From NCBI GenBank assembly GCA_965153285.1, contig OZ229119.1: a stretch of DNA of 64,000 nucleotides; one strand, written 5' to 3'. The notes under the pieces are model-generated. The model ran no database searches. It was given only the letters and a program-made list of their open reading frames with translations, and was not told where the DNA came from. Made by a program: the position numbers and the translations under genes. This document shows, piece by piece, positions 43,526-57,029 of this stretch (the first letter of the stretch is position 1; each line of letters begins with the position of its first letter). The DNA is from Podarcis tiliguerta. Taxonomy: Eukaryota.

Positions 43526-46509
43526 CCCAGACAGGCAGCGAAATGAGGTGCGTTGAACTCCCCCTAGATTGCCAAGCCTGCTTGCATTCAGCTTGCTGGA
43601 TGTTTTGGAAGTGTCCTTTTCCAGCCGGAATGTGTTGGCCAAGACCACTCATGGGATTTACAAAGTTGTCACTGTGATGGCCAAAGTTCCCCACTATTGT
43701 TTCCAAATGGGGGCATGCACTTATAAGAATGTTTTAGGGGGAAGAAATTCAACAAAAAAGTATTTCATTCAATAATTCATAATTGTGTTATCCTAATAAT
43801 AACTTATTCATATAGCTAGCTTAGAGACCTCTGTTCTTTGTGTTTCTCATTCTGCTAACCAAATATGAAGCTATCATGTTGGCAAGTAAGGGAAGGAATG
43901 GCTCAGTTTTTCCCTTCCCTTCCTTTTTGCCATGCAAACTGTCAGCCTTACGTCTTGACTCTGCACTTAACTGAACTTTTGCTGCTGAATAATTCAAACT
44001 AGATAATAGTGTGATGAAGAGTTTTCCAACACTGGGGACTGTGCATGATTCTTGATGCTATTTTCTTCTGGTCCCGGTTCACCCAGGTCTTACAGATTCC
44101 TGAGGAGGTCTCGTGGTTCAGTGGGACAACAGGCATGTTCGAGGTCTAGAATTTGTTTTCACACTTCGACCTGGAGCATCAGTGTGCACTTGGCAAGCTA
44201 TCAGCAGAGCAGACGCCATGCGCATGACACCGTGAAAGCTTGCAAGGCCTCTGAGTGCCTTCTTCTGCAAAGAATGTGGTTGCATCGGATGCATTGTATG
44301 ATACATTATTCCTTAGTATGTAATCCCTTTGTCATGATTTATAATTGTGAATGCAAACGACAGACAACAATGGCATTGGGCCAAAGTCAGTTAAAATGCG
44401 ACAACCCAAAATGTATTTCCTGTTATTTTTTTGAATTTTCATTGAAACATCCTTGTTTTTAAACACTCTCAGGGTGGGCTTTGTTAAAAGACGTGCCATG
44501 CTCTTAGGAGGAGGAGGAGGACAAGAAGAAAAGCCTAAGCTACCTCATTGGGAATGGTGTAGGCTGTGGAGCTGAAGTGCTAATTAGGAAATACATGGGT
44601 GTTGTTCATTATCCTTTTGAAATGGAAGGACACTAAGCTTTCACACTCGATTGCAGCTGAAAGGTCTCTGCACTGTGTTGCTAAGTGCCTTTTTATACAA
44701 AATTTCCTGCCTTGACTATGAATAGGCAATGGGAAGAATTAGATCTTTTTTATGGTCTCCGTAATTTTGTGAACTAGGGTGTGGTGCTGGTAGTAAGGAT
44801 AGCTTTACCACTTGCAAACTATATTTTCATCCTTTTAAGCTTTGCACCAATTTCTTTGGGACTATCATGGTTGGTTTTTTTTTAATACCGTTTATATTTT
44901 GCAACGTTTAAAGCTGTAAGCCTTGGAGAGGCACAGCCTGGAAAGACACCCAAGAAATATTTTAAATATATGAAATAAAAATGAAATAAAAGCATGTTTT
45001 AAATGGCATATTTGCCTTTCACACATTCGCACCAAGAGTCAGCGCCAAACTGGATCAGACACTAAATGCAGGAGGTGTGGCATTTCAGCAGGCATTGGGG
45101 GACCCAGTGCAATTCAGAGGAGGGATTTTCCTCTGCAGCAGGGGAGGAAAAAGTTGCATCTTGCCTCTGTCCCTTTTGCAATACGGATAATGATCAGTCC
45201 CCTTCCTGCTGATGGTGTTTGCAGAAGCAGCTCACCTGGTAGGGCAGAGCCACAGTTCCACCTTCCTGGCAGCAGGACAGGGATGAGCGAGGGCATGGTG
45301 AGGTCAGGCCCAGGGGCTGGAGCTAAGCTGGAGCCCTGGCCAGTGCACAGTCCCAACTGCCTCTCCTCTGGGAAAACTGGCAGTGCTGGGAAGTCAGCAT
45401 CGTGGCAGGTGATCAACACCTGCACGCATATTAAATGCAAAGGTGCATTAGGGTCCCATCGAGTTTGGCTAAAGAGAGACGCTTGGAAGCTCTTTGAGTG
45501 CCCACAAATCTCATTCACAATGAAAGAAAACCGAGCTTTTCTTACAAGAAACTCATCAATATGTGACATGGGGGGAATCTGCTTTTGCTGGTAAAATTTT
45601 CCTTTTGTACAATATTTTGAATCCATTTCAGTTAATTGCTGTGGTGATTTGCAGTTTTGCAGGTATAGGCTTATTTTGTCTTTCGTTATCTGTTTTTGCT
45701 TTTGCAGAGATGCTTATTATAAAACTTCTGGCGTGTGTGTTTATGCACAAAGAGAGTGTGAGAGAGCTGCCCTGTTATAATTACCTCAGGAGAACCTTAT
45801 TTAGGTAGTGCAAGACCACGGCGATAAATAAATCAAAATATTGCAAGTTTAAGAAATGCCAGAGCCAACTCCTGCCTGTGTCTTCGTTGTTTGGAAGCTC
45901 CTTGCATAATGTTCTGTAATACAGTTGGCTGAAAATAAGTTGGGTTTTTGTTTTTTTTATACCTTCGGTGAAAGAGTAGCTAACTTTGAAGGAGCCTTGG
46001 GCATCCCATTTAATCACAGAAATCACTTACCTTGGGGATGCCCTCTTTCTGTTGCACAATTTACCTGCCATTTTAAGGCTATTCCTTAGAGTTAGCATAC
46101 CTTTGCTGTTTCATGTGTTAGCAAAGCAATACTGTAGCTCCACCTGCTGACAGACAATGTACTTCATTGCACTCGGGTGCCATACAGTTAACATTGCATT
46201 GCCAGCAACAGTTGCAGCCAGATTCATCACACTATAGAGGAGAAACCAGCAGATTCCAAGCAGGGTTCCATTCACTTGGAATTCCATTCTTGGAATTGCA
46301 CCCTTTGATGAATGAAGTGTTCTCCTTTTGGCAGAACAACTCCCTAGAAGTTTTTTAAAAAATCCTTAGCATTGACAATTTTAATGGAAATAGAAATCCC
46401 AACTATGGATTAAAAAGAAGGGTTTGTAGTCAGCCAGTGGTGTCTCTGCATGCCATAGGTTATGGGCTAAGGAGTGAACTGAGAATGTGCTTCAGTGCTG
46501 AAGGGCAGC

Positions 46510-46645
46510 AGGACAGGGAAAATGTGGTCCTCCAGATGCTGAACTCCAGTTCCCACCATCCCCAGTCAGCATGGCTCAAGGTCAGGGATGATGGGAGTTT
46601 GAGTCCAAGGGCACTGGGAGAGACACAGGATCCCCACCCATGCCT
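46510..46645. mobile_element. Old palindromic hAT-like MITE
   Basis: CCTCCAGATGCTGAACTCCAGTTCCCACCATCCC...GGGATGATGGGAGTTTGAGTCC. Confidence 0.6.
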
Positions 46646-47052
46646 GGTTTTGGGAGTATTTTCAGCTTGCACAGGGAGTACAGGATTTGGTCTAGACAGA
46701 AGGGTTTCCTTGCATGCTATAAGGGACCAGCCTGATAGTATTCACATATGCCCATTGATTTGCTGTAGTTGAGGCTGGGGTGGATAATCTCTCCAGACTA
46801 GGTTAGTGAACAACTCTAGGAACCTTTGGAGCACAGGGCATAGATTTCATGGAAGTGGAGAGGGTTGTATTCCTTCACAGTGTTTTTGGTTTGCAGCTGG
46901 ATTTAGGTATATTGTCTGAACAGCATGCACCACGTTTTCCTATTTCTGTGGGCCTGGATAGTCAGTGTGCCAACTATGGAGGCTCATTTGGGGAATTTAT
47001 CGCCCCTCCCTCTGCAACTTGGAGGGTTAGAAATAGACTGGGTATGCTTTGT

Positions 47053-47359
47053 ATCATAGAATCATAGAATCATAGAGTTGGAAGAGACCACAAGGGCCAT
47101 CGAGTCCAACCCCCTGCCAAGCAGGAAACACCATCAGAGCACTCCTGACATATGGTTGTCAAGCCTCTGCTTAAAGACCTCCAAAGAAGGAGACTCCACC
47201 ACACTCCTTGGCAGCAAATTCCACTGTCGAACAGCTCTTACTGTCAGGAAGTTCTTCCTAATGTTTAGGTGGAATCTTCTTTCTTGTAGTTTGGATCCAT
47301 TGCTCCGTGTCCGCTTCTCTGGAGCAGCAGAAAACAACCTTTCTCCCTCCTCTATGTGA
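47053..47359 (-). mobile_element. Young CR1 3' fragment
   Basis: (ATTCTATG)n tail; encodes FSAAPEKRTRSNGSKLQERRFHLNIRKNFLTVRAVRQWN. Confidence 0.93.
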
Positions 47360-48559
47360 CTTCACTCTGGGTGCTTCTCTTTTCATAGCATCTAAAACCT
47401 CCACTTAGCACAAGGCTTTCATGCTGCCTATTATGACTTAAGCAGGCACTGAGTTCAGGAATTATAAATATGACACAGGAGGTCATGCGTTACATGCATC
47501 ATGGGAGCACAATATCAGTATCTTTGACCCAACCAAATACTATGAAAATCTATATGGTGAAACTCTGTTCACCTAGTAATAACCAGTGCTTGCTACTATT
47601 AAGATGTGGGCAATTAGGTCAGGATCCAAAGTGCTGTGCAGGTTATGCAAAGCATTTGATTTAGCATGCCCAGGGAGGTGTGTTTTTTTAATAGCTGACC
47701 CTCTGACATTTGACAAGCTGCTTCTGATACTCTGCTCAATTTCAAAAATAATTTGCCACGGGGTATAGGGACACGGATTGTCATTCACAGCTCATGGAAC
47801 TAAAGTAAGATTGATTAGATCCAGGCTTTAATCTTCAGGTAAAAGGACTGCATAGTGGTCTGCCTTGCATTTGTCCAGAGAGAGACAAACAGAAATTGAT
47901 TAATTTCACAGTTGCCATCAAGCAAATATAATTCTATAGGCACACGAACTGTGTGGTTTTCAAAGTATGTTGCTAGCTTGTGTGAATGTTTTATTTCTAG
48001 TTGCAAATCAGGTCTTTTAATGGTTTTACTACTTTCCTAGCATGCACACTAATTTTGGAAATGGAATAGTTGATCTGAAGCAGTGATTTAAACTGGGGCT
48101 TTTTTCTTGATCATCTCAGATCGATATGGCTACAGACCTATTTTCACTTTGCAGTTCAAAGGGACACACTTTAGAAATGCATAAGATTATGCTGTAAATT
48201 AAATTTACTGAATTTAATTGATCCTAGCCCATGTAAAAAGTAATTTAAAATGAAATCAAAATCCACTTCTGTGTTCATGAGCAATCCCACCCCTTTCATT
48301 TCATCTACTTACACTTAAAATTTTACACTCATGGAACTATTTTATTTCCTATCATGAATGGGATATTTTTGTTCCCAAATAAGGTAATTCTATAGCTATT
48401 TTTCGTTGAAAGTTCAATAAGATGTCCCGTCCCCCCATTTTTTAAAAAAACAGCATAAAATGTAAAATTAATATTGTTTTATGCATATATCTGCTTTTGG
48501 TGCAAAAATGGTAGAATATATTTTCCCCCCATTTAATCTGTAGGAGGAGGAAAAAAAGC

Positions 48560-49160
48560 AGAAATAGACTGCTTTGGAGGCTGGAACCTTTTTCTGCTGA
48601 ATAATTTTGCTCTGCCTTTATAAGCAATAGCGACAGCTAGAACTGAATTGGTACGCACAGCAAGCGATGCTCATTAACTTGAGCTCTCTTAGCTGTTAGG
48701 AATGTGGTAACCAAAGCCAATCTGCGGCTTCCCTGTTTCATATTCATGACACTTTCCTCTCTAATGGTTGATTGACAGCTTTAGTAGACGTTGTCCGATG
48801 TCTTCACATCAAGTGTGTGACCTCAATTCACCCGCCGTTTGCTCTCCTGTGTCAGCTGAGCCTATTGTGAGCGTCCATTATTCACACTCTATATTGTGTT
48901 ATGATGAATTGTCCTCTCGGGAGCTTTCGGACGTCTTAATCCCAGTCGGAAAAGAGCCCTATGCAATAAATAAGTGACAAGTGCCTCTGCTAAATGTGAG
49001 CAGATGAGCAAATGTGGGTTTTTGACAACTAATGAAAAGAAGCCAGTTCTTGGAACAGCTTCCATGTCTCGTTTCAATTTGCACTCGATACCTTTTCTCT
49101 GATAAGCTGTTTGAATTGAAAGGATGGGCGAGTCATGGTAACTTTTTATTTCCTTTGTTT
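48560..49160. promoter_or_regulatory. Candidate conserved developmental enhancer
   Basis: TE-free, CpG-retaining block with the PBX-MEIS/PREP decamer TGATTGACAG at 48769-48778, SOX cores (ATTGT) and TAAT sites. Conservation not tested. Confidence 0.45.
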
Positions 49161-49375
49161 GTACACTAACAAGCAATATATATTATTTTCAGATATCAGT
49201 TGCTAACAGAGCAATCCTGTACTCACGTTTTGCCAAGACCGGATGTATGCTAGCAGAATGATCATTGTATCCTATGCATGCTCAGCCTAGGAGAGGAGTG
49301 TGTGTGTATGTACAGCTAATTGTTGCCCATGGTAGAGACAGCATCACTTGTTGACTGGCTGTCTATCACAGAAGG

Positions 49376-49732
49376 AGGACGCGGGTGGCGCTGTGGTCTA
49401 AACCACTGAGTCTATTGGGCTTGCCGATCAGAAGGTTGGCAGTTCGAATCCGCATGGCGAAGTGAGCTTCCGTTGATCTGTCCCAACTTCTGCCCACCTA
49501 GCAGTTCAAAATAGGTACAGCTATGGCGGGAAGGGAAACGATAATTCTCTGACTTCTGTCATGGTGTCCCGTTGTGCCAGAAGTGGTTTAGTCATGCTGG
49601 CCCCATGATCCGGAAAGCTGTCCGCGGACAAACCCCGGTTCTCTCGACCTGAAGCGAGATGAATGCCACACCCCATAGTTGCCTTTGATTGGACTTAACC
49701 ATCCAGGGGTCTTTTAACTTTAGCATTTTACC
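49376..49732 (+). mobile_element. Sauria SINE, older subfamily
   Basis: GGACGCGGGTGGCGCTGTGGTCTAAACC head with a degenerate tail. Confidence 0.85.
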
Positions 49733-50252
49733 TGTCCCAGAATTCGCATGGGCAAGGAGATTGCCTGGTATGCGTAGGTTGGCAACTCCAAGGCTAACAG
49801 CTAGTGGGTGCTGCTGGAGAAGGGTTGGCCTGCACTGGACAAGTTTGTGTAAAGGTCTGGAGAATATACAAACTTTTTTGTCATTAAAAAGTGACAGGCG
49901 GTCCAGCCCCCTTTTCATCAGAAGTTGCCTCCCTTTCATAGACATCCCACGTTTTACTACAATTTTTATATGTCTTGATGAACATTTTCTATTAAAGAAG
50001 TTTTGTTTTCTTAAAAAAAAAAAAAGGTTTGTTTTAGCATATCATGAAACCTGTGTATGCGACCGTCTTGTTGCCATTGCTCTGATGAAGAGAGTTTCAA
50101 GTCTCCATGACCTCCTAAATGTTTGGGATTGTACCACTGGAGGTAGATGTATGAAGAGCCTCTCTGTAGATATAGTCCCATCAATGTGGGCTAGAGTTTG
50201 AAATTTCTTCAGAGGGTCTAGTCCTTTTGAGGTGGGCCTCACCAATAGAATA

Positions 50253-50494
50253 CAGTGGTACCTCAGGTTAAGTACTTAATTCGTTCTGGAGGTCTGTTCT
50301 TAACCTGAAACTGTTCTTAACCTGAAGCACCACTTTAGCTAATGGGGTCTCCTGCTGCCGCTGCGCCACCGGAGTACGATTTCTGTTCTCATCCTGAAGC
50401 AAAGTTCTTAACCTGAAGCACTATTTCTTGGTTAGCGGAGTCCGTAGCCTGAAGCGTATGTAACCTGAAGCGTATATAACCTGAGGTACCACTG
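50253..50494. mobile_element. Tigger/pogo-like MITE
   Basis: TA-CAGTGGTACCTCAGGTTA...TAACCTGAGGTACCACTG-TA. Confidence 0.92.
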
Positions 50495-50926
50495 TAGCCC
50501 TAATCCCAAGCCATGGGCACCTTGAACAGGCCTTTCCTCCACACACTCAGCCAATGAGCTCCTCAGAAGACAGTGGCATGCCTCTGGGGTGGGGTATGTG
50601 AGAGCGGGCCCTGGGGCATTCACCTCAATCCGTGCCTATGGCATCCTGTGTCGAGCCTTTGCAGTTTACTGCTGGCCTAGTCCCTCCAGCAAATGAAGAA
50701 GATAAACACCACTGAAGATCTTTGTGAAAACTATTTAAGTGTATGGGCTGTATTTCTTAGACAGATGAAGCAGCTGCCTGAGGCTTTTAGTTTCATTATT
50801 ACAAATGTGTGATGAATTCCTGGGAACTTTAAGAAACCTAAAGTACATTAATGATACACCACCAAACAACTCAGCCTCTACTTCAGCCGTCAGCAATGCA
50901 GAAGAAGGTTTCTCAAGCACTAATAA

Positions 50927-51390
50927 TTGTTGTTTAGTCGTTTAGTCGTGTTCGGGACCCCATGGACCACAGCACACCAGGCCCTCCTATCTTCCACTGC
51001 CTACCGCAGTTTGGTCAAGCTCATGCTGGTAGCTTTGAGAACACTGTCCAACCATATCGTCCTCTGTTGTCCCCTTTTCCTTGTGCCCTCAATCTTTCCC
51101 AACATCAGGGTCTTTTCCAGGGAGTCTTCTCTTCTCATGAGGTGGCCAAAGTATTGGAGCCTCAGCTTCAGGATCTGTCCTTCCAGTGAGCACTCAGGGC
51201 TGATTTCCTTAAGAATGGAGAGGTTTGATCTTCTTGCAGTCCATGGGACTCTCAAGAGTCTCCTCCAGCACCATAATTCAAAAGCATCAATTCTTCGCCG
51301 ATCAGCCTTCTTTATGGTCCAGCTCTCACTTCCATGCATCGCTACCGAGAAAACCATGGCTTTAACTATACGGCTTTAACTTTAACTATA
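50927..51390 (-). mobile_element. BovB LINE 3' fragment
   Basis: Encodes HGSESWTIKKADRRRIDAFELWCWRRLLRVPWTARRSN. TSD CAAGCACTAATAA at 50914-50926 and 51391-51403. Confidence 0.94.
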
Positions 51391-52135
51391 CAAGCACTAA
51401 TAAAGGTAACATATTTTAGGAGTCAATGATGCCAGTCTCTATCTATGAAGAAATGGCCCCTATAGGTGTTCCAGGAGTGTGTATTATGTTGGATGGGGCA
51501 ACCAATGAGAGTGATTATGTTCGTTATATATACAGTAGTTAAACAATTGTCTGTTTTTGTTGTTGTTAGACGAAATCTACAGATTCAAACTGCTGCCTTT
51601 GTGTGATGGCTTCCTTACTGAAAAAGGGAAGTTTTGGAGGAGTGGAACTCCTTTTTAGAGAAGTGTCTAAGTGAACAAAACTTGTAACTAAAAACCAAGT
51701 TAAAGCATAGTTTATATACGGGGTTGCCTACAGCCTGCATAAACTGGCCAAGATTCACTTTAAAAGAATCAAGACAATTGTTTCTGATACTGATTTACAG
51801 TGGCAAGCAGATTTAGCAGATTCCTAGAGAAACATAATGACTATACATTTATTCTAACAGTAGTGGATATCTTATCCAAATTTGCTTAGAGTGTACCTTT
51901 GAAAGACAAAAAGAGGGCAGAGCTGTTCAGGGCCTTTAGAGTTGTTGTCAAGGACCTCAGAAATCACAAACAGATTGTGGAAAATAGCTTTTAAATAAGA
52001 AAGTGACTCAGTTGTTAAAACAGCACGGGAGTCATCATCTTTTGGCCCATAATGAAGTCAAGCTGGCGATAGTGGAGAGGTTTAACTAGACTTGTAAACC
52101 CCTGGATGTGGTGATACCTACAAACTGTGTACTGG

Positions 52136-52245
52136 AATCATCAAATTATAGAATTGGAAAGAACTACAAGGATCATGTAGTCCAACCCCCGGCAATGCAG
52201 GAGTCTTTTGCTCAATGTGGGGCTTGAATACATGACCCTAAGATT
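52136..52245 (-). mobile_element. Squam3-like SINE remnant
   Basis: Homologous to 17218-17340. Confidence 0.6.
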
Positions 52246-53273
52246 GGCATATCAGTGTGCTGCCTGAACTTGAAAAAGTTACAACCATAGCTTTGACAGA
52301 ACCATACAAGCCAGGCCTGTGAATGCTAATCCTCCTAATACCTTCAAGATGTGGAGAACCATGACAGAGGCTTATCTGAGAGGGCAGAGCTGTGATTTAT
52401 TTTAAAAATCTAGTTTGGCCCCCTGAACCTGGAAATCTGGGGAGAAATTCAAATGAGAAAAAAATGTCACAAGCACTCTTACATGTGCACTGAAGCAAAC
52501 CTCAATTAAACACAACCTGAAGTTTTGAAAACTCAAGGAGAAATCGGTGAATGTTGACAATTGCCTTAGAAACGTGTCACATTTACATAGAAACTTTTTT
52601 TTTTTTTGAAAAAAGCTAGTAGATTGTCATGTAAGCCCTCATTTCCCAAAGGTAAGCCTTAAGGTTTAAAGCAGCACTTGAGCATTTCTTGCATAGACTT
52701 CTTTATCATGTTTAAGCCATGGCCAGCGTGTCAGACCTTGCCAGAAAAGCAACTTCTTCTTTTCTGAACTGTCATCCTCTCTGCCTTAATTAAGTGACAA
52801 ACCAACACTTCTTGAAATAAAAAGTGGTAGGTGTCTTGTGTCACACTTCACATCCGAGGCTTAGATTGACAATGTAAAGTCAGGATGTCATTCAGCGCTA
52901 TGCTGGCATTATAATTTAGACAGCTTGAGTACAAATTTTGAAGGGAAAGCAGATGAAAATTATCCTCCGTAATAGTGGCTGGAAAAGTTTTCATTTTTCT
53001 CCCAGCCAAGAAGATCCATCTTCCCCATCCATGCTAATGGAGAGCTGCTTTGTAGTTATGACCATGTCATTTCAAACCTGTAGTCTGATTTATATGTGAT
53101 GGGACTGTGAGTAAATTGTTTACCAAAATTAACATCCCACATGTACCCTGTTCACCTACAAATCAACTTACCTGCATGTGGCTTTTCCACTGAAATAACT
53201 CTGTCCATGTGTACAGAGGATGAGAACACAAGAAGAGTCTGCTGGACTAGGCCAATGGTATCCTGTCCTCAAT

Positions 53274-53612
53274 GGGACACAGGTGGCACTGTGGGTTAAA
53301 CCACAGAGCCTAGGACTTGCCGATCCGAAGGTCGGCGGTTCGAATCCCTGTGACGGGGTGAGCTCCTGTTGCTCGGTCCCAGCTCCTGCCAACCTAGCAG
53401 TTCGAAAGCACCCCCGGGTGCAAGTAGATAAATAGGTACCGCTCCGGCGGGAAGGTAAACGGTGTTTCCGTGCACTGCTCTGGTTTTCCAGAAGTGGCTT
53501 AGTCATGCTGGCCACATGACCCGGAATTTGTACGCCGGCTCCCTCGGCCAATAAAGCGAGATGAGCACCGCAACCCCAGAGTCAGTCACGACTGGGTCCC
53601 TTTACCTTTACC
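53274..53612 (+). mobile_element. Sauria SINE nested in an old LINE fragment (about 53230-53890)
   Basis: Full head and tail. TSD TATCCTGTCCTCA at 53259-53271 and 53613-53625. Confidence 0.93.
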
Positions 53613-54054
53613 TATCCTGTCCTCACAGATTGTTGTAGGAAACCGACAAGCAGGACTCTTCCTGTGGGTTCCAGCAACTCCTGTCCAGAAGTATTACTGC
53701 CTCCTCCTGTGGAGTCACAGCATGGACGTTTGATTGATCCTCTTTTAAAGCCTCTCTTAAAGTTTGTGGTCATCACTGCCTCCTGTGGGAGTGAAACCCA
53801 CAGTTTAACTATGCACTGGTGTGGAGAATCTTCCAACACTTAAGCTTCCAACATTCAACTTCACTAGATGTCCACGAGTTCTAGTGTCTCTTTGAAAGGC
53901 TGTCTGGTCCAAATATGGTTTAAAGCTAAAGGACCATGGACAGCAGGAGCTTTGCAGTTTCTCACCAAAGGAATCCAGGATAGAAAACACCAAAGTGGCT
54001 AAGCAATTTTTTAAAAAGTATTTAAATATTTAAATGCAATAAAAGTGCATCTAA

Positions 54055-54502
54055 CAAGGAAACTGAAAAATATCTTTATGTATGCGACAACGGTGGCAAG
54101 AGTCTTAATAGCACAAGGATGGAAGAACGAGGAAATCCCGACTAAAGAACTATGGCAAGAAAAATTGATCGACTATGCAGAATTGGCAAAATTGACACAC
54201 AAACTACATGACAAGGATAACTGATTTTAAAGATGAATGGGAACCCTTTACAAAATATTTAAAGAAACAACAAAATGAACTGGACTCCTTGGCAGGCTTT
54301 GAATAAACATTCACAAACCTTTTATTGATAACATTTGGATAGTTAAATTAAGGATCTGTACAGTTTTGTAACATGCAGAAAATAACATATGTTGATAAAC
54401 CAGAGAGAGGAGCTGAGGGAAGTCCGGGGTGTGTGTGTGTGTGTGTGATATGTTTTTTGATAAAATGTTATGTTGAAATTACTATTTTTTTTAATAAAAA
54501 AA
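54055..54502 (+). mobile_element. L1-clade LINE 3' fragment (ORF2 C-terminus plus 3' UTR)
   Basis: Reads FMYATTVARVLIAQGWKNEEIPTKELWQEKLIDYAELAKLT and ends in AATAAAAAA. TSD TGCATCTAA at 54046-54054 and 54503-54511. Confidence 0.8.
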
Positions 54503-56599
54503 TGCATCTAAAATGTTTTCAAAAAACTATGTAAAACAGTCATATTCCCTTGTAGCTAATTAATTCAAGGTTTCCAGGAACAGTGTCTGCCTGTTTTCAA
54601 ATGCCTGTGAGTTGTATCGTATTACAGTGAGGGTATGGTACCCAGCTGGAGTAGACCCATTGCAATCAGTGAGTTTAAGTGAGGTGTGATTAATGTAAAT
54701 CCATTGGTTTCAGTGACTCTACTCTGAGTATGAATTATTATTTCTAAACTTGAATCTAGAATTTATAAATTAATACATGGACATTTTATGCAAATCTGTA
54801 CCTATTTTTTTACTAGGGAGGGGGCTGATTTGTAAGTTGCTTCCCTGATTGCACTGGGGTCTGGGAAGGGTGAGCAGTCTGCTGGTGGTAAGAGAGGCAA
54901 GGAACAACTGGTGATCTTGCTAAATCAGAGCGTGCTCAAAACAGTGTCAAGACATAGATGACAAAGGTGATGGAAAGCTTATAACATTGCGCTGTGGGAA
55001 TCTTTCAGCATCCTGGTATGGTGCTGTTGGTCCAGATGATGCTGATGGTTTCTCTTTATAAATGGGAGGTGTGAGAGACTCACAAAACAAAGTAGCACCA
55101 GAAGTGGCACAAAGTGTTGTGTTTTGTGTGTGCAAGCGAGATTTTGATGCTTTGTGGTTTTCTTGTAAGTTAGAAGGTGGTAATTTTAACTTTCCTTTAT
55201 ATGCAGAGAAGTGGGAGACATCCTAATTAAACACCTTTGCTGGAAATCAGCAGTGAAAAATCCAGGCTGTTGAGTTCAGTTATCAAAGCTTTAAGCATTA
55301 CAAAAACCCATTTAGAACTAATAGAACAAGCAACTCTTCAGAAATCTCTTTTCGGGATCCAGGGTATCACAGTTTTGCTATTGAAAAGAGTTTGAGAGGG
55401 AAGAGGAAAAAATAGGGCAAAGTGTTGGCTGTAGGCCTCTGGCCAAAGGAGTCTTGAGCTACTAAAACACCTAGGATAAATATGTTTTGACCCTAGATGC
55501 TAAATTTCAACCATGGGAATTAATTGGAATTAGTATTAGTAGGATAAGTATTGGAATTATTCTACTCAGCGTGTGTATGGATGGGAAGCATGATGTTGAA
55601 ATGGAAAACTTAGGATTCTGCAAGGCACATGCTGTGAGCAGTAGCTTCTCATAGACTTTTCTTGATATCTAGACAAATGTTCCTCTCCGTTCCAATATAA
55701 GCTTACGGAGGAACAGCACTACATTAACCAGAGATTTGTGGCATGTTGGTTACAGTTGGGTATGTCAAAGCAATATCAAACTTCTATTCAGTATGATTAT
55801 ATTTAATGCTGGAGTCCGGGAACATAAGTGTGTTTATTTGGATGTGTTGGATGTGTTGGGTGAAGTTAAGAAGCTAGCCTAGAAATTTATGTGTGCAAAC
55901 ATCAAGCTGCCATTCTAAATAGAATATCATCAATTAAATTTACAGAAAGTTAATGAAGTTTAGTCCTTACTAGATGGCCACGTTTTCTGCATTGGTGATG
56001 GAATGCCAAAATGTGCTATTGTTCTGTTTAGCAATTAATCTCCTTTGTACAGAAGAATCCTTTTATACTAAAACAATTTATTCCTAGTGTACACAATTAC
56101 AGATTGGCAGACATTCAGAAAGGAGAGCTAATTGGTAAACCTGACTTTTTATTAGTATGGGGAGAGAGTGTTCAAATCTTGATACAGAAACGAGGCACAA
56201 GGTATTGTTTACTTTTATCTAATAAATCAAGCTGGGTTGCAAAAAGGACTGTAATTTGCCAGCTGTGGAACTTTCAATTTACACTCTCTGGAATCAAATG
56301 CTATGCGAGTCATTTTTTTGTTTTTGCAGGCTGCATCTGAATTTGTTTGGAGTCTTAAACAATCAGCTGAACATACCTTTGATGTATTAAGAGGCAATGA
56401 AACTTGATTGGTATCTAGTCTGCTTCTGTACATGGCAATAGTTTCTTGTCCGGTTAAGATTTCTGCGGAATTGTTTACCTTGAAAAAAGTGGGACAGTCA
56501 AAGAGTAGATCCTTTTAGAATGAGACTTCAGAAGCGTTCAGGTGATATATTTCTTTGATACCCAAATGTAATGATATATTCAAGGGGACTGCATCTTTA

Positions 56600-56975
56600 A
56601 AAATGTTGAAAATCAGATAAATGATTTAAATGGAGAATAAGTAAGTATGACTTAAGTATAAGTATAAGTAAGTAGATTGCGGTCGTTCTATAATTCCTCT
56701 CCGACAGACTCTGGAGTTGGGGGTATCATCTGGTGTTCCTTCTCTGTGAGGCGGAGACTCTCTGCTTTTAGATTATAGCTGGTGAGGTGTTGCAGCTGGT
56801 GAGATGTTTTCGGTAATAGGCAACCGGCAATAAAACAATAAAATAGGCCAATAAAGTAAAACAATAAGGGGGCTACAATTAAAACTAGTTGGCTGCGAAA
56901 AAGAATTTAAAACATTTAAAGCCAAGCTATAGGGTCAGAGATCCGCTAGAAGCTGCTGCCATCTTAACCGGAACT
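56600..56975 (-). mobile_element. Probable L1 5' UTR fragment
   Basis: The minus strand begins GTTCCGGTTAAGATGGCAGC (ETS and YY1 cores, typical of L1 starts) and is richer in CpG than its flanks. Confidence 0.5.
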
Positions 56976-57029
56976 AGCTTACTCCAGTAAAACAAAAAAA
57001 TTAATTAAAAGAGAAAATTGTCACACACA

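Noticed and set aside
45114-45626. 170-aa and 146-aa overlapping ORFs as a host gene
   Set aside because: No recognisable protein similarity or exon structure.
46137-46151. CTCF-like motif GCTCCACCTGCTGAC
   Set aside because: Imperfect single match that cannot be supported without ChIP or conservation data.
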